NCBI GenBank assembly: GCA_016869175.1
Contig: VGEV01000003.1
Coordinates: forward strand, 1-59,887
Direction: 5' to 3'
DNA length: 59,887 bases
Origin: Alphaproteobacteria bacterium
GTDB taxonomy: Bacteria; Pseudomonadota; Alphaproteobacteria; GCA-2731375
A model generated the notes under the pieces. It saw only the letters and a program-made list of their open reading frames with translations. It was not told where the DNA came from and made no database searches. Made by a program: the position numbers and the translations under genes. Shown here in pieces: positions 37,636 through 52,062 of this stretch (position 1 is the first letter of the stretch; each line of letters begins with the position of its first letter).

Positions 37636-39087
37636 TCAGCGCGGCAACAGGCTCTCACCCATCAGGAATTCGTCCACCGCGCGGGCGCATTGCCGGCCCT
37701 CGCGGATCGCCCAGACCACCAGCGACTGGCCCCGGCGCATGTCCCCGGCGGCGAACACCTTGGGGATGGAGGTGCGGTAGTCGGCCATGCTGGCGCGCAC
37801 GTTGCCGCGCGCATCGAGCGCCACGCCGCTCTCCTCGATCATGCCCGCGCGCAGCGGCCCCAGGAAACCCATGGCGAGCAACACCAGGTCGGCCTTGAGC
37901 GTGAAGCCGCTGCCGGGCAGTTCTTGCATCTGCGGCCGGCCGTCCGGCCCGCTGCGCCAATTGATGCGCACGCAGTCCAAGGCCTCGAGCTGGCCGTTCC
38001 GGCCCAGGGCCCGCTTGGTCAGAACCGCCCAATCGCGCTCGCAGCCTTCTTCCTGAGAGGACGAAGTGCGCAGCTTGAGGGGCCAGTCCGGCCAGGTGAG
38101 CGCCTTGTTTTCCTTGGCCGGAGGACGCGGCAGGATCTCGAGCTGGGTGATCGAGGCGGCACCCTGGCGGACCGAGGTGCCGATGCAATCCGAGCCGGTA
38201 TCGCCGCCGCCGATGACGATGACATGCTTGCCCTTGGCCGTGATCGTGCCAGCGGGCGCGGCCTTGGCCTCGTGGTCGCCGGCGACGCGCCGGTTCTGCT
38301 GCGGCAGGAAGTCCATGGCGAAGTGGATGCCGGCGAGCTCACGGCCCGGCACTTCCAGATCACGGGACCATTCGGCGCCTCCCGCCAGCACCACCGCATC
38401 GCAGCTCTCCATCAGCCGCGTGAAGGACAGCGCGCGGCCCACCTCGACGCCGGTGCGGAATTCAACCCCTTCCGCCGCCATCTGCCGCATGCGGCGGTCG
38501 ATCAGATGCTTCTCCATCTTGAAGTCGGGAATGCCATAGCGCAGCAGCCCGCCGATGCGGTCGTTCTTCTCGATCAGGGTCACGCCGTGGCCGGCGCGGG
38601 CCAATTGCTGGGCGCAGGCCAACCCGGCGGGGCCGGAACCGATCACCGCCACGCGCTTGCCGGTGCGGTGCGAGGGCGGCTGCGGCTGAATCCAGTTTTC
38701 CTCCCAGCCACGGTCGACGATGGCGCATTCGACGGTCTTGATGGTGACCGGGTTGTCGTCGATGTTGAGGGTACAGGCTGCCTCGCACGGCGCCGGGCAG
38801 ATGCGGCCGGTGAACTCGGGGAAATTGTTGGTGGAATGCAAGGCCTCCAGCGCTACCTGCCACTGTTCGCGATAGATCAGGTTGTTCCAGTCGGGGATCA
38901 GGTTGTTGACCGGACAGCCGCTGTGGCAGAACGGCACGCCGCAATCCATGCAGCGCGCCGCCTGGCGCCGCAGGTCCGGTTCCGCCAGCGGCTTGACGAA
39001 CTCCTGCCACGTGGTTTTGCGCGCCTCGACCTTCTCATAAGGGCGGTCCAGGCGGTCGATCTCCAGAAAGCCGGTCGGCTTGCCCAT
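37636..39087 (-). CDS. gltD: Glutamate synthase small subunit
   Basis: [41 protein letters not shown] and [14 protein letters not shown] motifs. Confidence 0.97.
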   Translation of the reverse strand: MGKPTGFLEIDRLDRPYEKVEARKTTWQEFVKPLAEPDLRRQAARCMDCGVPFCHSGCPVNNLIPDWNNLIYREQWQVALEALHSTNNFPEFTGRICPAPCEAACTLNIDDNPVTIKTVECAIVDRGWEENWIQPQPPSHRTGKRVAVIGSGPAGLACAQQLARAGHGVTLIEKNDRIGGLLRYGIPDFKMEKHLIDRRMRQMAAEGVEFRTGVEVGRALSFTRLMESCDAVVLAGGAEWSRDLEVPGRELAGIHFAMDFLPQQNRRVAGDHEAKAAPAGTITAKGKHVIVIGGGDTGSDCIGTSVRQGAASITQLEILPRPPAKENKALTWPDWPLKLRTSSSQEEGCERDWAVLTKRALGRNGQLEALDCVRINWRSGPDGRPQMQELPGSGFTLKADLVLLAMGFLGPLRAGMIEESGVALDARGNVRASMADYRTSIPKVFAAGDMRRGQSLVVWAIREGRQCARAVDEFLMGESLLPR

Positions 39088-39120
39088 GGCAGCGTTGCTC
39101 CGCGAACTTTGGGGGCGGAT

Positions 39121-43761
<4,641 letters not shown>

Positions 43762-43847
43762 GCCTGTGCCCTTCCACCTCCGGTCGGTCCGTTCCGTTGT
43801 CCGCGTCCCCAACCGGACGCGGTCTGCCAGTCTAGACGAAGGCGGGG

Positions 43848-43888
43848 CTTGTAACACGAATTTGTTGCGCTGCAACTGGCCATTTGCA
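43848..43888 (-). promoter_or_regulatory. Candidate gltB promoter with overlapping inverted repeat
   Basis: On the minus strand TTGCAG-N16-TACAAG preceded by TG. Near-perfect palindrome TGCAACTGGCCATTTGCA (43871-43888) in an AT-rich intergenic stretch. Confidence 0.35.
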
Positions 43889-44005
43889 TCAAAATTCTTC
43901 ATCTGTCTGGCCGCTTCGTGCCGGCTTCCTCGGCCTACTCGGTAGACCGCCTCGACAGCCGGCCGCACTCGCTCAACAATCGGACAAACCAGCGGGGAGG
44001 CGACG

Positions 44006-44794
44006 GTGGCGGCGACGGGGCGGATAGCGGTGATCACCGGCGGGGCGAGCGGGATTGGCCATGCCACCGCCAGGCGCTTCGCCGGGGCGGGGGATTGCGT
44101 CGTGATCGCCGACCTGAACGAGGCCAATGCCGGCGAGGTGGTGAAAGAGATCGTGGGCGCCGGCGGCAAGGCGGCGGCCTATCGGCTGGACGTGGCGGAC
44201 GAGGCCGCGGTGGCGCGCGCGGCCGAGGCGATCGAGGCCCGGCATGGCCCGGTGTCGGTGCTGATGAACTCCGCCGGCCTGTTGCAGCGCCCCCGTCCGC
44301 TGGAGGAGATGGACGACCAAGAAGAAGCCCGGGTGATGGAGGTCAATTACCAGGGCACCTATCTCTGCTGTCGCCATTTCGGCATGCGCATGGCCGGGCG
44401 CGGGCAAGGCGCCATCGTCAATATCGCCTCGACCTCAGGCTATATGCGGCTGCCGATGCTGGCCTATGGCGCCAGCAAGGCGGCGGTGATCTCGCTGACC
44501 GGGGCGTTGGGCGTCGAACTCGGCCGGCGCGGTGTCCGGGTCAACGCCATTGCGCCTGGACCGGTGCTGACGCCGATCCAGCAGCGCAACATCCAGGCGG
44601 GCCTGCGCGACCCGTCCAAGATGCTGGCCGGCACGGCGATGAACCGCTGGGTGACGATGGAGGAGATCGCCGACGGCGCCTATTTCCTGTGCTCCGACCA
44701 GGCCAGCGCCATCACCGGCACCACGCTGCCGATCGATTGCGGTCTGCTGTCCGGCATCGGCTGGTCGATGATGGGGGGCATTCCCAGGGGATAG
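44006..44794 (+). CDS. Classical SDR oxidoreductase
   Basis: [21 protein letters not shown] and VRVNAIAPG motifs. Confidence 0.93.
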   Translation: MAATGRIAVITGGASGIGHATARRFAGAGDCVVIADLNEANAGEVVKEIVGAGGKAAAYRLDVADEAAVARAAEAIEARHGPVSVLMNSAGLLQRPRPLEEMDDQEEARVMEVNYQGTYLCCRHFGMRMAGRGQGAIVNIASTSGYMRLPMLAYGASKAAVISLTGALGVELGRRGVRVNAIAPGPVLTPIQQRNIQAGLRDPSKMLAGTAMNRWVTMEEIADGAYFLCSDQASAITGTTLPIDCGLLSGIGWSMMGGIPRG

Positions 44795-44809
44795 CCGTCG
44801 GCGAACGCC

Positions 44810-46486
44810 TCACACCGGCTTGAAGCTGCGGTCGAGCTCGACGTCGATCAGCACCGGACCGCGGGCCTTGAGCGCCGCCGCAAGGGCTTGGCGGACCTCG
44901 GGCAGGGTGCGCGCGGCATGCGTTTCCAGCCCCAGCGAGCGGGCGAGGCCCAGGAAGTCGATCGGCGGGTCGGTGAAGTCCATGGCGACGAACTTGTCCA
45001 TCTGCGCCGCATAGCCGCGCAGCGCGTTGGTGCGCTGTTTCAGGATGCGGTAGGAGCGGTTGTTGAGGATCACGTAGATCACCGCCACCTTGTCGTGCGC
45101 GGCGCTCCACAGCGCCTGCACGGTATACATCGCGCTGCCGTCGCCGATCAGCGCCACGACCGGCCGCTCGGGCAGCGCGAGCTTCACGCCGATCGCCGCC
45201 GGCAGGCCCCAGCCGATGCCACCGCCGCGCAGGCCATAGAAGCTCTGCGGGTCGTCGCTGTTGATCAGCTGCCGGATGCCGCCGCCCGAGGACAGCGTCT
45301 CCTCGATCACGACCGCATTGGCCGGCAGCGCCTCGCCGATGGTCTGCAACAGGGCCATCGGCTGCAGGGGCAGCTTGTCGGCCTGCGCCTTCGCCTGGGC
45401 CTTGAGCTTGTCACGTTCGGCGGCGATGGCGGACTGGTTGGCGGCCCGCCGTTCGCCCGCGCGCTTGACCTGCGCCGGGGTCATCGCGCCCTGAAGCGCC
45501 GCGACGATGTCGGGCAGCGTGGTCCTGGGATCGCCCAGCATGGCGACGTCGGCGGCGTAGTTCTTGCCAAGCTCCCAGGGATCGCTGTCCAGGTGGATGA
45601 TGCGCAAGGCCTGCGGCACCGGCTCAACGTCCGAGGGCAACGACAAGGTGAACAGATCGCCACCCACCGAGAACAGCACGTCGTGCTGGTCGAGCGCTTG
45701 GCGGATCAGGGGCGACAAGCGATTGATCGGGCCCTTGAACAGCGGGTGCGAGGTGGGGAAGGCGGCGGTATTGGCGACGCCTTCCAGATAGACCGGCGCG
45801 CCCAGCAGCTCCGCCAGCCGCACGATCTCGGCATGCGCGCCGTTCTGCGCCACGATGTCGCCGGCGATCAGCACCGGCCGCTCGGCCCCGGCCAAGAGCC
45901 GCGCCGCCTCCGCCACCGCCGCCGGATCGCCACGCAGGCCGCGGGCAACGCGGGTCGGCCGGCCCAGGTCGATGTCGGCCTCGGCGTTCAGCACGTCGCC
46001 CGGTAGCGACAGGAAGACGGGGCCGGTCGGCGGCGCCAGGGCGGTCTTGGCGGCCCGGTGGATCAGGCGCGGCAGGTCGGCCAGCCGATGCACCTCGGCC
46101 GACCACTTCACGAACGGCCGCGCCACGGTCGGCAGGTCGGCCCACAGGATGGGCTCGGTGACGTTGAAGGTCTGTTCGTGCTGGCCGGCGGTAACCAGCA
46201 GGGGCGAGCCGGCCTTCTGCGCGTCATAGAGCATGCCCATGGCGTTGCCGAGGCCGGGGGCGACGTGCAGGTTGACCGCCGCCAGCTTGCCGGAGGCCTG
46301 CGCATAGCCGTCCGCCATGCCCAGCACGGCCGCCTCCGACAGGCCCAGGATGTAACGCGGCCGGTCCTCCACCGCGAAGGCGTCCATCAGCGGCAACTCG
46401 GTGGTGCCGGGATTGCCGAACATGAACTCGACGCCCTCCTGCCGCAGCAGTTCCAGAAGCGCGCGCTTGCCCGAGATAATGGCCAT
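44810..46486 (-). CDS. ThDP-dependent enzyme, benzoylformate decarboxylase-like
   Basis: FGNPGTTELP, NLH..PGLGNAMG, GGIGWG and GDGSAMY...NN ThDP motif. Confidence 0.9.
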   Translation of the reverse strand: MAIISGKRALLELLRQEGVEFMFGNPGTTELPLMDAFAVEDRPRYILGLSEAAVLGMADGYAQASGKLAAVNLHVAPGLGNAMGMLYDAQKAGSPLLVTAGQHEQTFNVTEPILWADLPTVARPFVKWSAEVHRLADLPRLIHRAAKTALAPPTGPVFLSLPGDVLNAEADIDLGRPTRVARGLRGDPAAVAEAARLLAGAERPVLIAGDIVAQNGAHAEIVRLAELLGAPVYLEGVANTAAFPTSHPLFKGPINRLSPLIRQALDQHDVLFSVGGDLFTLSLPSDVEPVPQALRIIHLDSDPWELGKNYAADVAMLGDPRTTLPDIVAALQGAMTPAQVKRAGERRAANQSAIAAERDKLKAQAKAQADKLPLQPMALLQTIGEALPANAVVIEETLSSGGGIRQLINSDDPQSFYGLRGGGIGWGLPAAIGVKLALPERPVVALIGDGSAMYTVQALWSAAHDKVAVIYVILNNRSYRILKQRTNALRGYAAQMDKFVAMDFTDPPIDFLGLARSLGLETHAARTLPEVRQALAAALKARGPVLIDVELDRSFKPV

Positions 46487-46504
46487 GACGAAGTTCCGTT
46501 TCGT

Positions 46505-48091
46505 TCAGGAGGTGGGTTGTTTCGAGGGGTCTGGAAAGTCGGTGCAAGGCTGGCCTTGCGACCAATAGGGCTGGCGCAATTCGCGCTTCAGCACCTTGCC
46601 GCCGGCATTGCGCGGCAGGCTGTCGCGGAATTCCAGCGCCGCCAAGCGCTGGTAGCGGCCCAGGCGGGCATTCGCCCAGTCGCGCAAGGCTTCCGCGCCG
46701 GGGGGCGGCTCGGCCTTCGGCACCACCAGCGCCAGCGGCGTCTCGCCCCAGCGCGCATGCGGCACGCCAATCACGGCGGCCTCCCGCACCGCCGGATGCG
46801 CCATCAATACCCGCTCGATATCGGCCGGATAGACGTTCTGCCCGCCCGAAACGATCATGTCTTTCTTGCGGTCGACCAGATGCAGGAAGCCGTTCTCGAT
46901 CCGGCCGACATCGCCGCTGCGCAGGAAACTGCGGCCCCGGCCGTCGCGCCAGATCGCTTCCTCGGTCTTGCCGGGGTTGTTGTGATAGCCGCGCATTAGG
47001 AACGGACTGTAGCCCACGATCTCGCCGGGCGAACCATCGCCGATCTCGCGGTCCTGATGGTCGAGGATGCGGATGTCATTGCCGGGCAGCGGCCGGCCGA
47101 CGGATTCGGCCTGGCGCTCGATATCGGCAGGCCGCAGCACGCTGGCGAAACCCTCGGTCAGGCCATAGACCTCGTGCAGGCAGCCGCCGAACAGCCGGTA
47201 CAGGCGGCGCTTGGTGTCCGCCGGCATCAGCGAACCCACCGTGACCACGGCGCGGAAACTGGAGAAGTCGGCGGCCGCGCTCGCCAACTGCTGCTCGATC
47301 GCCTGGAAATGCGCCGGCACCAGGATGGTGTGGCTGACTCGGTGGCGGGCGACCAGGCGGCAGAACTCGCCGGCCTCGAAGCGCGGCATCACCACGGCCG
47401 TGCCGCCGGCGAGGAAGGTCATGTTGAGGATCGACCAGGTGGTGTTCGAATAGAGCGCGGTGCCGGTGATCGACATGGTGTCGGCGGCATAGCCGAAGGC
47501 CTGCCCCAGGATCTGGGAATAGACCAGCCGGCAACGGTGCGACAGCACGATGCCCTTGGGCAGACTGGTCGTGCCGGAGGAATAGATCAGGCAGTAGGGC
47601 GCGTTCTCGTCGATCCCGACCGCCGGGGCGGGGCCGCCGGTCAGGAAATCCGCCAGGGGCTGCCAGCCGGGTGCGGCGAAGTCGAGCGCCACCTTGGCGA
47701 GCGCGGACGGCGCCGTCGGCTGCCCGAGGGCGGCCTCGGCCTTGGCGCGCGCGCTGGCGCTGGCCAGCAGCAGCCGGGCGCCGCAATCGCTCAGCAAGCC
47801 GCCCAAGTCGCTGTCGCTGACTGCGCTGGACAGCGAGGCGACTGCGCAGCCGGCCTTGATCGCGCCGAACTGGGCAACGATCGCCGGCAACACCGGCTCT
47901 GCCAGCACCGCCACGGTGTCGCCCGGCCCCAGGCCGCGGCTGGCGAGCGCGCCCGCGACGCGCCCCATCGCCGCCTCGAAGCCACTCCAGGTCAGCGTCT
48001 CGCCGGCCACGATCAGCGCCGGCTTGTCCGGCCGGTCGCGGGCATGCAGGGCCATGAATTCCGGCAGCAGAACCTGCGGAATGTCGAACAC
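46505..48091 (-). CDS. Class I adenylate-forming enzyme (acyl-CoA ligase)
   Basis: YSSGTTSLPKG, YGLTEG, SGDVG, DRKKDMIVSGG and LPRNAGGK motifs. Confidence 0.92.
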   Translation of the reverse strand: MFDIPQVLLPEFMALHARDRPDKPALIVAGETLTWSGFEAAMGRVAGALASRGLGPGDTVAVLAEPVLPAIVAQFGAIKAGCAVASLSSAVSDSDLGGLLSDCGARLLLASASARAKAEAALGQPTAPSALAKVALDFAAPGWQPLADFLTGGPAPAVGIDENAPYCLIYSSGTTSLPKGIVLSHRCRLVYSQILGQAFGYAADTMSITGTALYSNTTWSILNMTFLAGGTAVVMPRFEAGEFCRLVARHRVSHTILVPAHFQAIEQQLASAAADFSSFRAVVTVGSLMPADTKRRLYRLFGGCLHEVYGLTEGFASVLRPADIERQAESVGRPLPGNDIRILDHQDREIGDGSPGEIVGYSPFLMRGYHNNPGKTEEAIWRDGRGRSFLRSGDVGRIENGFLHLVDRKKDMIVSGGQNVYPADIERVLMAHPAVREAAVIGVPHARWGETPLALVVPKAEPPPGAEALRDWANARLGRYQRLAALEFRDSLPRNAGGKVLKRELRQPYWSQGQPCTDFPDPSKQPTS

Positions 48092-48115
48092 TGCCCGCCC
48101 GTCCGCCGGCCGCCG

Positions 48116-49156
48116 CTACAAGCGGTAGAACTGCTTGGCCGTGTCGCGGAACAGCCAGGCCTTCTCGGTCGGCGTCGCCCTGGCGGCCAGCCGCTTGAAG
48201 GCGTTCCAGTAGGTGGCATAGCTGCCGGAGATCTTGTCTACGGGGAAGTTGCTCTCGAACATGCAGCGCTTGGCGCCGAACGCCTCGATGCAGGTTTCCA
48301 TATAGGGCCGCCAGGCGTCCGCCAGTTCCTGCGAGCTGGGCGGCCGATCGCGCTTGTGGAAGTCGAAGCCGCTCACCCGCATGCCGATGCCGCCCAGCTT
48401 CATGTAGACGTTCTGGCACTTGGCCAGTTCCAGGATGTTCTTCTTCCAGTCGGCGAACGCCTCCTCGCGCTTGCCGGCATACTTGCCGACGCCGAGCGGC
48501 CCGCCGCAATGGTTGAACACGATCGGCTGCTCGGGGAAGGCGCGGGCGAGATGGGGCACGTCAGCCAATTGCGGGTGATAGAGCCAGGCATCGAAAGTGA
48601 GGCCAAGCTGGCCCAGCTTGGCGAAACCCTCGCGGAACGGCTTGTGTTCGCGATAAAGATGCAATGGCGGGTTGGTGTGGCTGGTATGCACTTCCGGCGT
48701 GTCGCTGACACCGGCGGCGTAACGGATGCCGCGGAAACGGCCGCCGCCCGCGTTGATATGGGCGCGCAGCACCTCCTCCACGCGGCCGCCCAGGGTCAGG
48801 TCGGCCAGCCCGACGATGCCCGCCGCCACGCGCGTCTTGCCGTAGCGGCCGCTGGCCGACATGGCGGCGAGGCCGTTGACGAACTCTGTCTCGCCGACCG
48901 GGCGCAGCTCCATCGGCCCGTCAGCCTTGTAGCAGGCGGTGCATTCCAGGAAGACGGTGGCCTCGACATTATGGCCGCTGCCGGCGTCCGCCAGGATGTC
49001 CCAGATCAGGTAGCGGTGGGTAGAGAAGTCCCAGAGATGATGGTGCGGATCGATGATCGGCAGGCCCGGCTCCAGGATTTCCTCCTGGTTCATCGCCAGC
49101 CAGGTTTCGTTGATGCCGCTCATGCGGCTTTCGACCGTGCTGCCCTGCGTGCTCAT
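48116..49156 (-). CDS. Amidohydrolase_2 family protein (lactonase-like)
   Basis: IIDPHHHLW, RGIR, NHCGGP, KLGG and RCMFESNFPVD motifs. Confidence 0.9.
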   Translation of the reverse strand: MSTQGSTVESRMSGINETWLAMNQEEILEPGLPIIDPHHHLWDFSTHRYLIWDILADAGSGHNVEATVFLECTACYKADGPMELRPVGETEFVNGLAAMSASGRYGKTRVAAGIVGLADLTLGGRVEEVLRAHINAGGGRFRGIRYAAGVSDTPEVHTSHTNPPLHLYREHKPFREGFAKLGQLGLTFDAWLYHPQLADVPHLARAFPEQPIVFNHCGGPLGVGKYAGKREEAFADWKKNILELAKCQNVYMKLGGIGMRVSGFDFHKRDRPPSSQELADAWRPYMETCIEAFGAKRCMFESNFPVDKISGSYATYWNAFKRLAARATPTEKAWLFRDTAKQFYRL

Positions 49157-49296
49157 GCGGTGTCCCCCGGATCGTTCGACCAGCCAATGATAGCCGCGGT
49201 GCCGAGGCTTGCCGCAACGCAACTTTGCACGGCACTTATGCAGGCAGCCCGGCGATGTTCTAGATTGCCCGCGCCGAACCGCAACGGGGGTGGGGA

Positions 49297-50271
49297 ATGA
49301 AGAAACGGGTGATGATCCAGATGCCGATCACCGCCGGCATCAAGTCGGTGTTCGATGCGCGGCCGGACATCGAATACGAGCGCTTCACCGAACTCTCCGA
49401 GGAGAATATCCGTCAGCATATCGGCAATTACGACGCCGCCATCCTGGGCGTGGTGCCGTTCAGCGCCCGCATCATCGAGGCCGCCAGCCGGCTGAAGATC
49501 GTCGCCCGCCATGGCGTCGGCTATGACAGCGTGGACGTGGCGGCGCTGACCAGGGTTGGCGTGCCGTTGGCTGTGGTCGGTATCGCCAATTCGGTGACGG
49601 TGGCCGAGCACTCGCTGTTCTTCATGCTGGCCTTAGCCAAGCGGGCGCGCGTCTACGATCGTGAGGTGCGCAAGGGCAACTGGAACATTCGCTTCGATCC
49701 CATCGCCTTCGATCTGGCCGGCCGCACGGTCTTGATCCTGGGCTTCGGGCGGATCGGCAGAAGGCTGGTCAAGCGCTGCGTCGCCATGGAAATGAACGTT
49801 CTGGTGCATGATCCCTATGTCATTCAGGATGCCATTCGCACCGCCGGCGCCACGCCGGTGGCGGATTGGCGCAAGCGCCTGCCGGAGGTCGACTTCGTCT
49901 CGGTCAATTGCCCGAAGACCAAGGAGACCGACGGCATGATCGGCCGGGCCGAGCTGGCGGCGATGAGGAAGACCGCCTTCGTCGTCAACACCGCGCGCGG
50001 CGGCATCGTGGACGAGGCGGCGCTCTACGACGCCTTGAAACGCAATGTCATCGCCGGCGCCGGGATCGACCCCTTCGTGGTCGAACCGGCCATGCCCGAT
50101 CTGCCGCTGTTCGAGCTCGACAACATCATCGTCAGCCCGCATTCGGCCGGGGTCACCGAGGAGAGCATGTTCCGCATGGGCACCGCCTCGGCGCAGAACG
50201 TCGTCGACTGCTTCGACGGCAAGCTCGACCCCGCCAATGTGATCAACCCGGAAGTGCTGACCAAGCGCTAG
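49297..50271 (+). CDS. D-isomer-specific 2-hydroxyacid dehydrogenase
   Basis: RHGVGYD, VAEH, GFGRIG, NTARG, D.F..EP and SPHSAG motifs. Confidence 0.93.
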   Translation: MKKRVMIQMPITAGIKSVFDARPDIEYERFTELSEENIRQHIGNYDAAILGVVPFSARIIEAASRLKIVARHGVGYDSVDVAALTRVGVPLAVVGIANSVTVAEHSLFFMLALAKRARVYDREVRKGNWNIRFDPIAFDLAGRTVLILGFGRIGRRLVKRCVAMEMNVLVHDPYVIQDAIRTAGATPVADWRKRLPEVDFVSVNCPKTKETDGMIGRAELAAMRKTAFVVNTARGGIVDEAALYDALKRNVIAGAGIDPFVVEPAMPDLPLFELDNIIVSPHSAGVTEESMFRMGTASAQNVVDCFDGKLDPANVINPEVLTKR

Positions 50272-50289
50272 CGAAGAAGCGAGAGAACG

Positions 50290-51069
50290 ATGAGCGTCAG
50301 CTACAAGGATATCGGCGTCAGCGCCCAGGGCCATGTCGGCATCGTGGAAATCCGCCGCCCGCCGCACAATTTCTTCGACAACTCGTTGATCAACCAGATC
50401 GCCGACGCGTTCGAGGCGTTCGACCGCGACGACAACTGCCGGGCCAAGGTGCTGTGCGCCGAAGGCAAGTCGTTCTGCGCCGGCGCCGACTTCGCCAATC
50501 GGCCGGAGACCGGCAGCGCCACTTCGGAGACCGGCAAGCATCTCTACAAGGAAGCAACGCGCCTGTTCCGCTCGACCAAGCCCATCGTGGCGGCGGTGCA
50601 GGGGCCGGCGATCGGCGGCGGGCTTGGCCTCGCGGTGATGGCGGACTTCCGCGTGACCTGCCCGGAAGCCCGCTTCAGCGCCAATTTCAGCCGGCTGGCG
50701 TTCCATCCGGGCTTCGCACTGACCTTCACGCTGCCGCGTCTCGTCGGTCAGCAGAAGGCGGCGCTGTTGTTCTATACCGGCCGGCGCATCGACGGGGAGG
50801 AGGCGGTCAAGATCGGACTGGCCGACATGCTGGTGCCGATCGGCGAAGTGCGCCCGGCGGCGATCGGGCTGGCGGCCGAGATCGCGCAATCCGGGCCGCT
50901 CGCCGTCCGCTCGATGCGCGAGACCTTGCGCCGGGGCTTCGCGGATGCGGCCGAGGCGGCGACCGAGCGCGAACTGATGGAGCAGGAGTGGCAGCGCCGT
51001 ACCGAGGATTTCCGCGAGGGCGTGAAGGCGATGGACGAACGGCGCACGCCGCGCTTCGTCGGCCGCTGA
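50290..51069 (+). CDS. Enoyl-CoA hydratase/isomerase (crotonase) family protein
   Basis: FCAGADF, KPIVAAVQGPAIGGG and EDFREGVKA motifs. Confidence 0.92.
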   Translation: MSVSYKDIGVSAQGHVGIVEIRRPPHNFFDNSLINQIADAFEAFDRDDNCRAKVLCAEGKSFCAGADFANRPETGSATSETGKHLYKEATRLFRSTKPIVAAVQGPAIGGGLGLAVMADFRVTCPEARFSANFSRLAFHPGFALTFTLPRLVGQQKAALLFYTGRRIDGEEAVKIGLADMLVPIGEVRPAAIGLAAEIAQSGPLAVRSMRETLRRGFADAAEAATERELMEQEWQRRTEDFREGVKAMDERRTPRFVGR

Positions 51070-51081
51070 GGGCTTGCCCCC

Positions 51082-51978
51082 ATGAAGCTCGGCTACATGC
51101 TGCCGCTGATCGATGTCGGCGGCGATCCGGCGGTGGTGCGCGAACTGGCGCAGACCGCGGAAGGGCTCGGCTACGATCACCTGGGCGCGCCGGATCACGT
51201 GCTGGGCGTCAATGCCGTCAGCCGGCCCAACTGGGGCGCCCGCAACACCTCGCGCGATCTGTTCCACGATCCCTTCGTGCTGTTTGGCTACTTGAGCGCC
51301 TGCACCACCCGCATCGGTTTCTCGACGCAAGTGCTGATCCTGCCGCAGCGGCAGGCCGCGCTGGTGGCGAAGCAGGCGGCTTGCGTCGACCTGCTGTCGG
51401 GCGGGCGTTTGCGTCTGGGCATCGGCGTCGGCTGGAACGAGGCCGAGTATGTCGCGCTCAACGAGAACTTCCGCAACCGCGGCCGCCGCTCCGAGGAACA
51501 GGTGGCGGTCATGCGCGAACTGTGGGCCGCTCCGCATGTCGATTTCCAGGGCGAATGGCACCGCATTCCCGACGCCGGCATCAATCCCCGGCCGGCGGCG
51601 GGCCGCATCCCGCTCTGGTATGGCGGGCACGAGGACGTGACGCTCAGGCGTATCGCCAAATGGGGCGATGGTTGGATCATGCTGGCGCACCCGCCGGGCG
51701 AGGCGGCGAGCGCCGCCCTCGACCGGCTGCACGACTACACGCGCCAGGCCGGACGCGATCCCGCGGAGGTCGGTTTCGAGGTCTGGGTCTCCATGGGCAT
51801 CGGCAACGAGGCCAACTGGCGCGCCGAGGCGGAGGCCTGGAAGCGGCTCGGCGTCACCCATCTCACGCTCAACAACTGGTTCGGCCGCTATCACCACCGC
51901 CGCATCTCGGAACGTTCGCTGAAGGCGCATTTGTCCAGCCTGGGCCGCTACCGCGCGGTCGTCGCCGACCTCTTGTAG
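51082..51978 (+). CDS. Luciferase-like (LLM) oxidoreductase, probable F420-dependent type
   Basis: PDHVLG, HDPFVLFGYL, ILPQRQAALVAKQAA..D.LSGGRLRLGIGVGWN..EY motifs. Confidence 0.85.
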   Translation: MKLGYMLPLIDVGGDPAVVRELAQTAEGLGYDHLGAPDHVLGVNAVSRPNWGARNTSRDLFHDPFVLFGYLSACTTRIGFSTQVLILPQRQAALVAKQAACVDLLSGGRLRLGIGVGWNEAEYVALNENFRNRGRRSEEQVAVMRELWAAPHVDFQGEWHRIPDAGINPRPAAGRIPLWYGGHEDVTLRRIAKWGDGWIMLAHPPGEAASAALDRLHDYTRQAGRDPAEVGFEVWVSMGIGNEANWRAEAEAWKRLGVTHLTLNNWFGRYHHRRISERSLKAHLSSLGRYRAVVADLL

Positions 51979-52062
51979 CCAGCCCACCCGGTTCACCGGA
52001 AGTTGCTTGGACCGACGCCGGCGTCGGGCGGGACAGTAGCCTGGCGCAAAGAGGGCGGCGGA

